A DNA stretch of 62,270 nt from Candidatus Omnitrophota bacterium (GTDB taxonomy: Bacteria; Omnitrophota; Gorgyraeia; Gygaellales; Profunditerraquicolaceae): positions 1 through 62,270 of the forward strand of contig JAQUMI010000003.1 in NCBI GenBank assembly GCA_028718225.1. The letters are read 5' to 3'. The notes under the pieces are model-generated. The model worked only from the letters and a program-made list of their open reading frames with translations, was not told the DNA's origin and made no database searches. The translations under genes were made by a program, and so were the position numbers. Of the stretch, positions 55,054 to 62,270 are shown piece by piece; position 1 is the stretch's first letter; each line of letters starts with the position of its first letter.

Positions 55054-55317
55054 ATGCCTAGACGCAGAACTTCAATCAAGAGAACGCGCGCAGATAAAAA
55101 GAAACACCTGCAAAATCTAAAGATAAAACAACAGCTTAAGAAATCAATCAAGCAATTCCATGGCCTGCTTACCGCCAAGAATATTACTGAAGCTAAGAAA
55201 TTCCTGGCTCAGGTATTTTCCCAATTGGATAAGGCAGCAAAAAAAAGAACGATCCATCCTGCAACCGCTAACCGTAAAAAATCCCGGTTAATGAAACGGC
55301 TGGGCAAGGGCGCATAG
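55054..55317 (+). CDS. rpsT: 30S ribosomal protein S20
   Basis: Start moved to MPRRRTSIKRTRADKKKHLQN..., preceded by AAAGGAG. Basic three-helix S20 pattern. Confidence 0.85.
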   Translation: MPRRRTSIKRTRADKKKHLQNLKIKQQLKKSIKQFHGLLTAKNITEAKKFLAQVFSQLDKAAKKRTIHPATANRKKSRLMKRLGKGA

Positions 55318-55959
55318 CCTAACAATTAGCTTTTCCAAGGCAAAAACGGGCCTGAGCTTGCCCGTTTTTATTTCAATATCGCATTCTAAAAGAAATCTAA
55401 TCCTGCATTTGGTTTCCAGCGCATTCAGGCGGCTGTTTTCTACCGCGTACCTTAATCCGCCTAATATCCTTTCCGGTTTTTCCCCGTCTTTCAAAAGCTG
55501 TCCTAATATCTTAAGCGCATTGCCGGCGCTGCGCTGCTCTATCATACGGCTAAGATTAAAGGTATTCAACGCTAAAACCTCCTGAAAACGAAAGGTCTTG
55601 GCATATTTATATATATTCCTTAAGAAGGCTTCTTTCCTACCCTGCCTTTCCATATCCAAAAGCAGCAATATATCTTTAGACGCCTGTTTTGCCCAGTGCA
55701 GGATGAAAGCATCTATGCCCGGGGCTAATTCCTGGGCATTCTTAATTACGATAATCCTTTTGGGCGATTTTACCGGAAGGGCTAAAAGTTTTTCCTGCAG
55801 CTCTTTAAGTTTTAATGTCTCGGCGTAAAGAATATCCAAATTAAAATGCTCTACGCTCTTAGGGAGAAATTCTTCTTTGATTTGTTTTAAACGGGTATCT
55901 TTGGAACTAAGCGGGGTATTGGGGGATTTTAAGTCCTGGCCGATAAATAAATAAATCAT
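55288..55959 (-). CDS. holA: DNA polymerase III delta subunit, short form
   Basis: MIYLFIGQD... N-terminus, position downstream of the lptE-like gene (leuS-lptE-holA synteny as in E. coli). 223 aa versus the typical ~330. Confidence 0.6.
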   Translation of the reverse strand: MIYLFIGQDLKSPNTPLSSKDTRLKQIKEEFLPKSVEHFNLDILYAETLKLKELQEKLLALPVKSPKRIIVIKNAQELAPGIDAFILHWAKQASKDILLLLDMERQGRKEAFLRNIYKYAKTFRFQEVLALNTFNLSRMIEQRSAGNALKILGQLLKDGEKPERILGGLRYAVENSRLNALETKCRIRFLLECDIEIKTGKLRPVFALEKLIVRLCALAQPFH

Positions 55960-55965
55960 TTTTAT

Positions 55966-56526
55966 TTACCACTGCTCAACTGTGCGCTCAACAATCCGGC
56001 GGCTAAGGTCATTAAGGGCGTCGACCACTGCCGCATCTTCACTTTTTGTCTGGGGACCCGCTGCAAAATAGGTAGTGTCTCCGGTAAAATTATTCTCCTG
56101 CCAGAGCAGCTTATCTTCCCGCCTGTCCCAGAGGCTGATGTTTACCACCAGATTGATGCGGTATTCCTTTACATTGTCGCTATCATCATAACGCAAGGGG
56201 TCCTTGCGGAAATCCATTACCTCGCCCTTTAAGATAAGGTCTGCTGAGGCATCTTCTGCCGGCCTTAAGTTCCCGTCAAAAAGATATTTATTGATTACAT
56301 AATCGGTAATATCGCTTTCAATCATCGGCCGGTATATCCGGTATTTGTTGCCGGTATCGACCTCATTGGTGATATTTACTTTATTTACAAAAGGAGCTAC
56401 ATATATCGTCCGGTATTTACTGTTAACCATGGAGCGGGTAGTATAACCGCAGCCCGATACGGCAAACGGTAAATAGCCGATAGCGAATAACAATAAAAAT
56501 ACCTTAAGTGATAAGCGATTTTTCAT
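55966..56526 (-). CDS. lptE: LPS-assembly lipoprotein LptE-like
   Basis: Lipobox VSGC, size and beta-rich pattern, synteny with holA and leuS. Confidence 0.55.
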   Translation of the reverse strand: MKNRLSLKVFLLLFAIGYLPFAVSGCGYTTRSMVNSKYRTIYVAPFVNKVNITNEVDTGNKYRIYRPMIESDITDYVINKYLFDGNLRPAEDASADLILKGEVMDFRKDPLRYDDSDNVKEYRINLVVNISLWDRREDKLLWQENNFTGDTTYFAAGPQTKSEDAAVVDALNDLSRRIVERTVEQW

Positions 56527-57464
56527 TTCTTCTTCTCCATTGCCTGTAAACGTTCCCGCGCCTTGGCTACCCAGGGGCTATCGGAATAATTGGTTATTAC
56601 ATTCCCGTAGTAAATCCTGGCGGCCTGGTAGGCCTTCTGCTTTTCATAAAATACCGCGATATTGTAGCTGGCTGCTGCTTCTTTCTCCTGCAGCTTGTCG
56701 ATATTTTCTTCGGCTTCTTTCGATAAAACGGCATCCGGATGTTCTCTGACGAATTCTTCAAATTTTTGCTTGGCTTCCTGCATTGCGCCCTGGTCATAAT
56801 CCGGCCCGCGCGACACTGCCGAGCGACAGGAGGCGATTTGGAATTTAGCCGGCTCAACCCACTCACTATCCGGATAATTAGTAATTATTTTATTAAAGGC
56901 GTCTTCCGCTTCGTAATAACGCTGAAGGCCTTTTAAGAGCAACCCCAACTTATACTCTGCTTTAGGCGCCAAGGGACCATAGGTTGAGTTCTCCACAACT
57001 TTGGTGAGTATCTCTATTGCCGGATTGTCAACCGGCAGGGCAATTCCTAAGACCTTACGCTTATAGCCGGCTATGAATTTCTCGGCAATATTATATTCTT
57101 TTTCAATGATTTCTTTAATCCGTTCGGAAAAAGGATACTTATCAATGACTTTCTGATAGGCTAGGTATGCTTCGTAGAGGTTATCCAGCTTCTCCTCAAT
57201 CAAACCCAGGTAATACTGGGCTTCCGAGGCCTCAAAGGACTTAGGGTAAGCCTTGAGTAGCTTCTTGAATTCGCGCAGGGCATCAGGGTATTTTTTCTCA
57301 GCATAGAAGCCCAAGGCATAGTCAAACTGGGCCTTCGGGCTATCTTTGGCAGCATTCTTGGGATTAACCCACTTGCCGGTCTTGGGCGTCCAGATCCAAA
57401 AGGGATAGGCAGGGCTGGCTGATAAAGCAAAAATAATACAGAAACTTAAAATTATCCGCCGCAT
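56523..57464 (-). CDS. TPR-repeat outer-membrane assembly factor, BamD/YbgF-like
   Basis: Signal peptide and repeated TPR-like A..Y.LG....G.Y..A...F units, e.g. EAQYYLGLIE and KAEYKLGLLLKGLQRYYEA. Confidence 0.55.
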   Translation of the reverse strand: MRRIILSFCIIFALSASPAYPFWIWTPKTGKWVNPKNAAKDSPKAQFDYALGFYAEKKYPDALREFKKLLKAYPKSFEASEAQYYLGLIEEKLDNLYEAYLAYQKVIDKYPFSERIKEIIEKEYNIAEKFIAGYKRKVLGIALPVDNPAIEILTKVVENSTYGPLAPKAEYKLGLLLKGLQRYYEAEDAFNKIITNYPDSEWVEPAKFQIASCRSAVSRGPDYDQGAMQEAKQKFEEFVREHPDAVLSKEAEENIDKLQEKEAAASYNIAVFYEKQKAYQAARIYYGNVITNYSDSPWVAKARERLQAMEKKK

Positions 57465-57523
57465 AATATTACAACTTTAACACAAGGGGTTAAGTTTGTC
57501 AAACATATTCAAGGAATTAAGGG

Positions 57524-58906
57524 CTATAGATACAGACAGGCGTAAGGCAAATGAATGAAAAAATTATTGGTTTTCAGCAATAAAACTACGAAAAGTTCGT
57601 TGGCCCAGGCAAAAGGCCCGGCAAGGGCCGGAAAGACCAGGGTAATAATAACCAGGCTGAATCCGGAGAGCGTAATTAAGGTGGCTAAAGGCACAATACA
57701 GATATTGGCAAGCACGGTAACCGGAGAAAAAATCTTGAAATAATAGAGGATAAACCCGCAGGTCCCTAGCCAGGCGGACAAAGAAACGAGGCAACCTTCT
57801 GCGATGAACCTTAAAGGCCTTATTTTTATGGTTTCGGCCTTAAAGAAGGCCTTAAGTTGAGGGTAAAGAAAGATTATCGCTGCTACGCTGGCATAAGAAA
57901 GTTGAAAGCTGATGGAAAAGAGCTCCCGGGGATTAATCCAAAGAATGAACAAAGCAGATAAAGCAAGGGAATTGCGCACGTCCGGTTCCCTTCTGAACAG
58001 AAATCCGGTTAAGAAAAATATAGCCATTACTGTTGCCCGTACAACCGGAGGAGAAGCGCCTGTAGCTAAACAATAAATTACTAAACAAGGTATCGCTGTT
58101 ATATACCGTAAGACCCTGGTTAGGCGCAGGACTTTAAGCAATAGCATGATCATAAAAGCGACTATTCCGACATTAAAACCGCTGACTACCAGTATATGCA
58201 CCGTTCCGCTCTTGACCATTGCATCGTAAACCTGCGCCGGGATACCCCTCTTTTCGCCTAAAACCATAGCATCCAGAATACTCGCCGTCAAAGGCGCAAG
58301 TTTCCGGTAAATTATGCCTTCTATCCGGTTTTTAAGATAAAAAGCGATTTTACGTGCAGGCTGGCCGTAATTTTTAGCTAGCTTTACGGCTGAGCTAGAT
58401 ATGCTTACACGCATAATGGCGGATACATTTTTACCATAAAGCTTAAACGGCCTGTGTATGCTCCCTCTTAAGATTAAAGCTTCTCCGTAAGAAAAAACCC
58501 TGTTGTCTTTTAGCTGGACAAGGATATCTCCCGAACATCTATAATTGCTGTTATTAAATTGCAGCTCTTGTGTAGTAAACATAAATGAAATTCGGCCCTC
58601 TTTGGAATACGGCTGGCTGTTGATAAAACCTCTGGCTGTATAGACAAAATTGTTTTTATAAAAGATAAACCTGGAAATATGGGATTGAGGGAGGATATAG
58701 GTATTCTTTAAGAGCAGGCAACCGAGGATAAAAATTAAAGCCGCAAATAATATCTTAAATATAAAGTCCTTTCTTACCAAGAAAACACAGGCAAGAAGCA
58801 AGGTGAAGGCGAGAAAATAGGCCGGCCAGAAAGATATCCTGATAAAATGCGTAAAGACTATTCCGCCGCAAAAATAAAGTCCAAGCTCTGTTAAATTGAA
58901 CTTCAT
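57524..58906 (-). CDS. comEC: ComEC/Rec2-family DNA uptake channel (no metallo-beta-lactamase domain)
   Basis: N-terminal DUF4131-like region plus polytopic competence domain (SGTVHILVVSGFNVG). Confidence 0.75.
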   Translation of the reverse strand: MKFNLTELGLYFCGGIVFTHFIRISFWPAYFLAFTLLLACVFLVRKDFIFKILFAALIFILGCLLLKNTYILPQSHISRFIFYKNNFVYTARGFINSQPYSKEGRISFMFTTQELQFNNSNYRCSGDILVQLKDNRVFSYGEALILRGSIHRPFKLYGKNVSAIMRVSISSSAVKLAKNYGQPARKIAFYLKNRIEGIIYRKLAPLTASILDAMVLGEKRGIPAQVYDAMVKSGTVHILVVSGFNVGIVAFMIMLLLKVLRLTRVLRYITAIPCLVIYCLATGASPPVVRATVMAIFFLTGFLFRREPDVRNSLALSALFILWINPRELFSISFQLSYASVAAIIFLYPQLKAFFKAETIKIRPLRFIAEGCLVSLSAWLGTCGFILYYFKIFSPVTVLANICIVPLATLITLSGFSLVIITLVFPALAGPFAWANELFVVLLLKTNNFFIHLPYACLYL

Positions 58907-59232
58907 TTAACAGCCAGATATTCTTTTATCTTGGCGAATTTGGAATCAGTAATACCCTTTATGGTTCTTAGTTCGTCTATATTACTAAAGCCTACGCGCT
59001 CCTGGCGGTAGGCAATAATCCGGCCGGCTATTTTTTCGCCGATGCCGGGTATCCTCATGAGCATTTTTTTATCCGCGCTATTGAGATTGATTTTAGCCAG
59101 ATCCTGGCTAAGGCAGGCGATACTTTTCGCGGTTGAGAATTGCTTAACCAAAAAATTGCTCCCTATCCCGACCAGGGCAATCGTCACTAAAAACAACATC
59201 ACCTTACGTTCTTCCTGAGTAAGATTAAGCAT
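58903..59232 (-). CDS. comEA: ComEA-type helix-hairpin-helix DNA receptor
   Basis: TM anchor. INLNSADKKMLMRIPGIGEKIAGRIIAYRQ...GFSNIDELRTIKGI. Confidence 0.8.
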   Translation of the reverse strand: MLNLTQEERKVMLFLVTIALVGIGSNFLVKQFSTAKSIACLSQDLAKINLNSADKKMLMRIPGIGEKIAGRIIAYRQERVGFSNIDELRTIKGITDSKFAKIKEYLAVK

Positions 59233-59300
59233 CTTGCCGCCTCCTCCCTTAATAGACGCAGCAGGAGACAGAATCTAACAAAAACCGGGGAGAGTTCTCA

Positions 59301-59330
59301 ATGCAAAACCTGCCGGGCAGCAGGCAAAAG
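59301..59330 (-). terminator. candidate leuS terminator
   Basis: CCTGC (59309-59313) / GCAGG (59320-59324) with a 6-nt loop, followed on the minus strand by TTTTGCATT. Confidence 0.4.
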
Positions 59331-59384
59331 TGCCCCCTAAAGGAGGACATTTTAAGGCTGGTTTGAAAACTGTCTCTGACTGGT

Positions 59385-61784
59385 TTAGACGACGATATTG
59401 ACGAGCTTTTGGGGGACGAGAATGAACTTTTTGACGGGTTTGCCCTGGATCCAGGGGATAAGCCCTTTATCCGCTAAAACAATTTCCTTGAGCTTGTCTT
59501 CTGAAATATCCGCGGCTACTGTAATTTTTGAACGTACCTTGCCATTAACCTGAATTACAATAGTCAGGTTATCTTCGAGCAGCATCTTGGGGTCAGCTTC
59601 CGGCCAGTTTGCCTTAAAGATACTTTCTTTATTCCCCAATACCTTCCAGAGCTCTTCAGCAAAATGCGGGGCAATCGGGCTAAGCATAATAATTAACCGC
59701 GAAAAAGTTTCTTTATCCGCGCCGGTTTGATAGATCGCATTAGTCAGTTCCATTAGGCTGGCAATGGCAGTATTAAATTTAAATCCCTGGTAATCTTCAC
59801 TCACCTTTTTAATGGTTTTATGCAAAGCCCGCGTTAAAGACGGATCAGCTTTTTCTTTCAGGTTATCCTGGATGCGCCAGACGCGGTTCAAGAATTTATG
59901 CGCGCCTTCTAAGCCCCGGTCATCCCACTCTAATTCTGTTTCAGGAGGAGCAGCAAATAAGATAAAGAGCCTTAAGGTATCCGCGCCGTATTTTCCGATC
60001 ATAATGTCCGGGTCAACAATATTTCCCCTGGATTTAGACATAACCTCGCCTTCTTTTAAGACCATACCCTGGGTAAGCAGGCGCTTGAACGGCTCACCAA
60101 AATCAATCATACCGAGGTCTTTAAAAAATTTAGTAAAGAAACGCGAATATAAAAGATGCAGGATCGCATGCTCAATTCCGCCGATATACTGATCCACCCT
60201 CATCCAATAGGCGGCTTCCTTTTGCTCAAACGGGCCATCCTTGAATTTAGGTGAACAAAATCTCAAGAAATACCATGAGGAATCAAAGAAGGTTGCCATG
60301 GTATCGGTTTCCCGGCGGCTAGGAGCCCTGCATTTGGGGCATTTTACCTCCACGAATTTCTTGACCTTTCCTAACGGACTGCCGCCTTCACCGGTAAAAG
60401 GGGCATTTTTAGGCAGCTCCACCGGCAGATCTCTAGACGGTACAGGAATAACCCCGCATTCAGGGCAATAAATAATCGGAATAGGCGTACCCCAATAACG
60501 CTGCCGCGAGATGAGCCAGTCGCGTAAACGCCAGTGCGTCTGGATCTTACCGATCCCTTTTTTCTCCATCCATTCGGCGATCTTAATTTTAGCTTCTATA
60601 TTCGGCAAACCATTAAACTCTCCGGAATTGACTTGCAGGCCATCTCCCTCGTAGGCTTCCTTAAGGTCTTCGACATTGCCTTCTAGGGCTGCAGTATTTT
60701 GGATAACCATTCGCATCGGTAAACCGTGTTCCTTGGCAAAAAGAAAATCGCGCTGGTCATGTGTCGGCACAGCCATAATCGCGCCGGTGCCGTATTCCAT
60801 CAGCACATAGTCCGCTATCCAAACCGGAACCTCTTGGTTATTCACGGGATTAACGGCAAAGCTCCCGGTAAAAACCCCTTCCTTTTTTACATCGGAAGAT
60901 GCGCGCACGACTTTACTCTCCCGGGAAACTTTTTCAATGAATTTTAAGGCCTCACTCTCCTGCGGCTTGCCTTTAATCAACTCTTTAACCAAGGGATGCT
61001 CCGGAGCTAAGACAATATAAGTAGCGCCGAAGATTGTATCCACACGTGTAGTAAAAACCGGAATAACCTTACCCGCGGCCTTGACTTTAAAATAAATCTC
61101 CACCCCCTGGCTTTTTCCGATCCAATTTGCCTGCATGTTTAATACCCGCTCGGGCCAGTCATTTAATTGCTTCAGGTCTTCCAAAAGCCGCTCTTTGTAA
61201 GCGGTTATTTTTAAATACCATTGCTCCAAATCTTTTTGCTCTACCTTAGAGTGGCAGCGCCAACAACCTCCGTCAATTACCTCTTCATTGGCTAAGGTAG
61301 TCTGGCAGCTTGGACACCAGTTTACGGTAGAGGCCTTTTTATAGGCCAGGCCTCTCTCAAACATCTTCAAGAATATCCACTGGTTCCATTTATAATAAGA
61401 GCTGTCGCAGGTAGAGATTTCACGCTCCCAGTCATAGGAAAAACCCATTTTTTTCAATTCATCCTGCATCTGGCGGATACATTTATGCGTCCAGTTGTCC
61501 GGCTTGGTCTTATTTTTTATCGCGGCGTTTTCCGCAGGCTGGCCAAAAGCATCAAAGCCCATCGGATGCAAGACATTATAACCTTCCAGCGTTTTAAAAC
61601 GGCTGGCTACGTCACCGATAGTGTAATTACGCACATGCCCCATATGGATTTTTCCCGACGGATAGGGGAACATTTCTAAGAGATAGAATTTTTCCTTAGC
61701 GGGATTAATTCGCGCGCGGGCAGCCTTATACTTCTGCCAGGCGTTCTGCCATTTTTTCTCTATTTTTTTAAAGTCGTAATGCAT
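59385..61784 (-). CDS. leuS: leucine-tRNA ligase
   Basis: HMGH (HIGH) motif, CP1 editing domain, VMSKSRGN (KMSKS). Confidence 0.95.
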   Translation of the reverse strand: MHYDFKKIEKKWQNAWQKYKAARARINPAKEKFYLLEMFPYPSGKIHMGHVRNYTIGDVASRFKTLEGYNVLHPMGFDAFGQPAENAAIKNKTKPDNWTHKCIRQMQDELKKMGFSYDWEREISTCDSSYYKWNQWIFLKMFERGLAYKKASTVNWCPSCQTTLANEEVIDGGCWRCHSKVEQKDLEQWYLKITAYKERLLEDLKQLNDWPERVLNMQANWIGKSQGVEIYFKVKAAGKVIPVFTTRVDTIFGATYIVLAPEHPLVKELIKGKPQESEALKFIEKVSRESKVVRASSDVKKEGVFTGSFAVNPVNNQEVPVWIADYVLMEYGTGAIMAVPTHDQRDFLFAKEHGLPMRMVIQNTAALEGNVEDLKEAYEGDGLQVNSGEFNGLPNIEAKIKIAEWMEKKGIGKIQTHWRLRDWLISRQRYWGTPIPIIYCPECGVIPVPSRDLPVELPKNAPFTGEGGSPLGKVKKFVEVKCPKCRAPSRRETDTMATFFDSSWYFLRFCSPKFKDGPFEQKEAAYWMRVDQYIGGIEHAILHLLYSRFFTKFFKDLGMIDFGEPFKRLLTQGMVLKEGEVMSKSRGNIVDPDIMIGKYGADTLRLFILFAAPPETELEWDDRGLEGAHKFLNRVWRIQDNLKEKADPSLTRALHKTIKKVSEDYQGFKFNTAIASLMELTNAIYQTGADKETFSRLIIMLSPIAPHFAEELWKVLGNKESIFKANWPEADPKMLLEDNLTIVIQVNGKVRSKITVAADISEDKLKEIVLADKGLIPWIQGKPVKKFILVPQKLVNIVV

Positions 61785-61788
61785 GATT

Positions 61789-62270
61789 TTAATTTTTGCT
61801 TAATTTCCGTACTAAAGCCAGGTTCAGGGAGTCGCTTTTTTCATCATCCTTGGGCGTCTCTAAGATCATGGGTATATTTTTTAATCTCGGATGGTTAATA
61901 ATCCTTTTCATCCCTTCCAACCCTATGCTGCCTTGGCCGATATGATCGTGCCGGTCATAATGCGAAGCTAATTTTCCGCAGGCATCGTTTAAATGGATTA
62001 ATTTTAGCCGTTTTAAGCCGATAAGGTGATCAATCTCGTACATTAATTTATCCAGGCCGGTTTTTGCGGCCAGGTCATAACCGGCTAAATAAGCATGCGC
62101 CGTATCCAAGCATAACCCGACGCGCGCATTATCTTTTAAACCGGCGATAATTTCCTTCTGATGCTCAAATTTATACCCCAGCCACGAACCACTGCCGGAA
62201 GTATTCTCCAGCAATATCCCCACCTTGGACCCTTTGGTTTTATCTAAAATCTTACCCAAGGCACTCGTCA
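61789..62270 (-). CDS. nfo: endonuclease IV (deoxyribonuclease IV), 5' end outside the window
   Basis: LLENTSGSG, CLDTAHAYLAG, IHLND, MILETP motifs. The reading frame stays open to the window edge. Confidence 0.85.
   Translation of the reverse strand, partial: TSALGKILDKTKGSKVGILLENTSGSGSWLGYKFEHQKEIIAGLKDNARVGLCLDTAHAYLAGYDLAAKTGLDKLMYEIDHLIGLKRLKLIHLNDACGKLASHYDRHDHIGQGSIGLEGMKRIINHPRLKNIPMILETPKDDEKSDSLNLALVRKLSKN

Noticed and set aside
59233-59384. 33-codon minus-strand frame (MSSFRGHFCLLPGRFC...) and a 7-bp long-range complement (GAGACAG 59265-59271 / CTGTCTC 59370-59376) in the leuS-comEA spacer.
   Set aside because: There is no SD before the ATG, and the frame runs through the likely leuS terminator hairpin. 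A 7-bp complement over ~100 nt is within chance expectation.
1-62270. Scanned for tRNA/rRNA genes, CRISPR repeats, IS/transposase/integrase genes, toxin-antitoxin pairs and known defence-system hallmarks (large ATPase/helicase/nuclease clusters).
   Set aside because: No candidate sequence or protein motif was found. Intergenic space is too short, apart from 30031-30452, which is treated as a separate finding.

Overview
Dense chromosomal window with about 78 CDS, almost all on the minus strand; only a DegT-type aminotransferase and rpsT are on the plus strand. Many genes have 1-4 nt start/stop overlaps. Gene content suggests an anaerobic diderm bacterium: lptE-like, bamD-like, lpxL-like, lnt and a TonB-dependent receptor, alongside [NiFe]-hydrogenase, flavodiiron protein, rubredoxin and rubrerythrin-like genes. 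I saw no rRNA, tRNA, CRISPR array, transposase/integrase or recognisable defence genes. Main modules: (1) 2.2-10.6 kb is a compact Ech/Mbh-like group-4 [NiFe]-hydrogenase operon. It is led by AsrA/AsrB (sulfhydrogenase beta/gamma)-like NAD(P)H-type Fe-S flavoprotein genes and a HycB-like polyferredoxin. A PhoU-like gene is translationally coupled between the catalytic large subunit and the antiporter-like subunit; this is the most unusual feature I can support. (2) 18.0-25.3 kb is an Rrf2-led, tightly coupled sulfur operon: rrf2, cysK, nifU-like, COG1900 plus NIL-ferredoxin (the sulfide-dependent homocysteine route known from methanogens), larE-like, nifS, a PurM/SelD-like protein and birA. 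(3) 25.3-30.9 kb is an O2/NO detoxification island led by a second, Cys-containing Rrf2 regulator. It holds trxB-like, glutaredoxin-like, rubrerythrin-like, PNPOx-like, flavodiiron and FNR-like reductase genes. It also holds three small ORFs missing from the ORF track (a rubredoxin, a 58-aa half-ferritin and a 20-aa Cys/Lys-rich peptide) and a 422-nt leader with a thrice-repeated CTCCTTCGGG motif. (4) 33-37 kb has an AmmeMemoRadiSam-type radical SAM gene coupled to a THUMP-less ThiI-like PP-loop ATPase, plus a Cys-rich HAD phosphatase and a divergent arginase-fold protein. (5) The rest is housekeeping and envelope genes (nadA, mnmA, cspA, uppP, secA, prfB with its +1 frameshift, pilT, uvrC, murJ, leuS, comEA/EC, nfo). 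All functional calls come from motif recognition in the supplied translations; no database search was possible.
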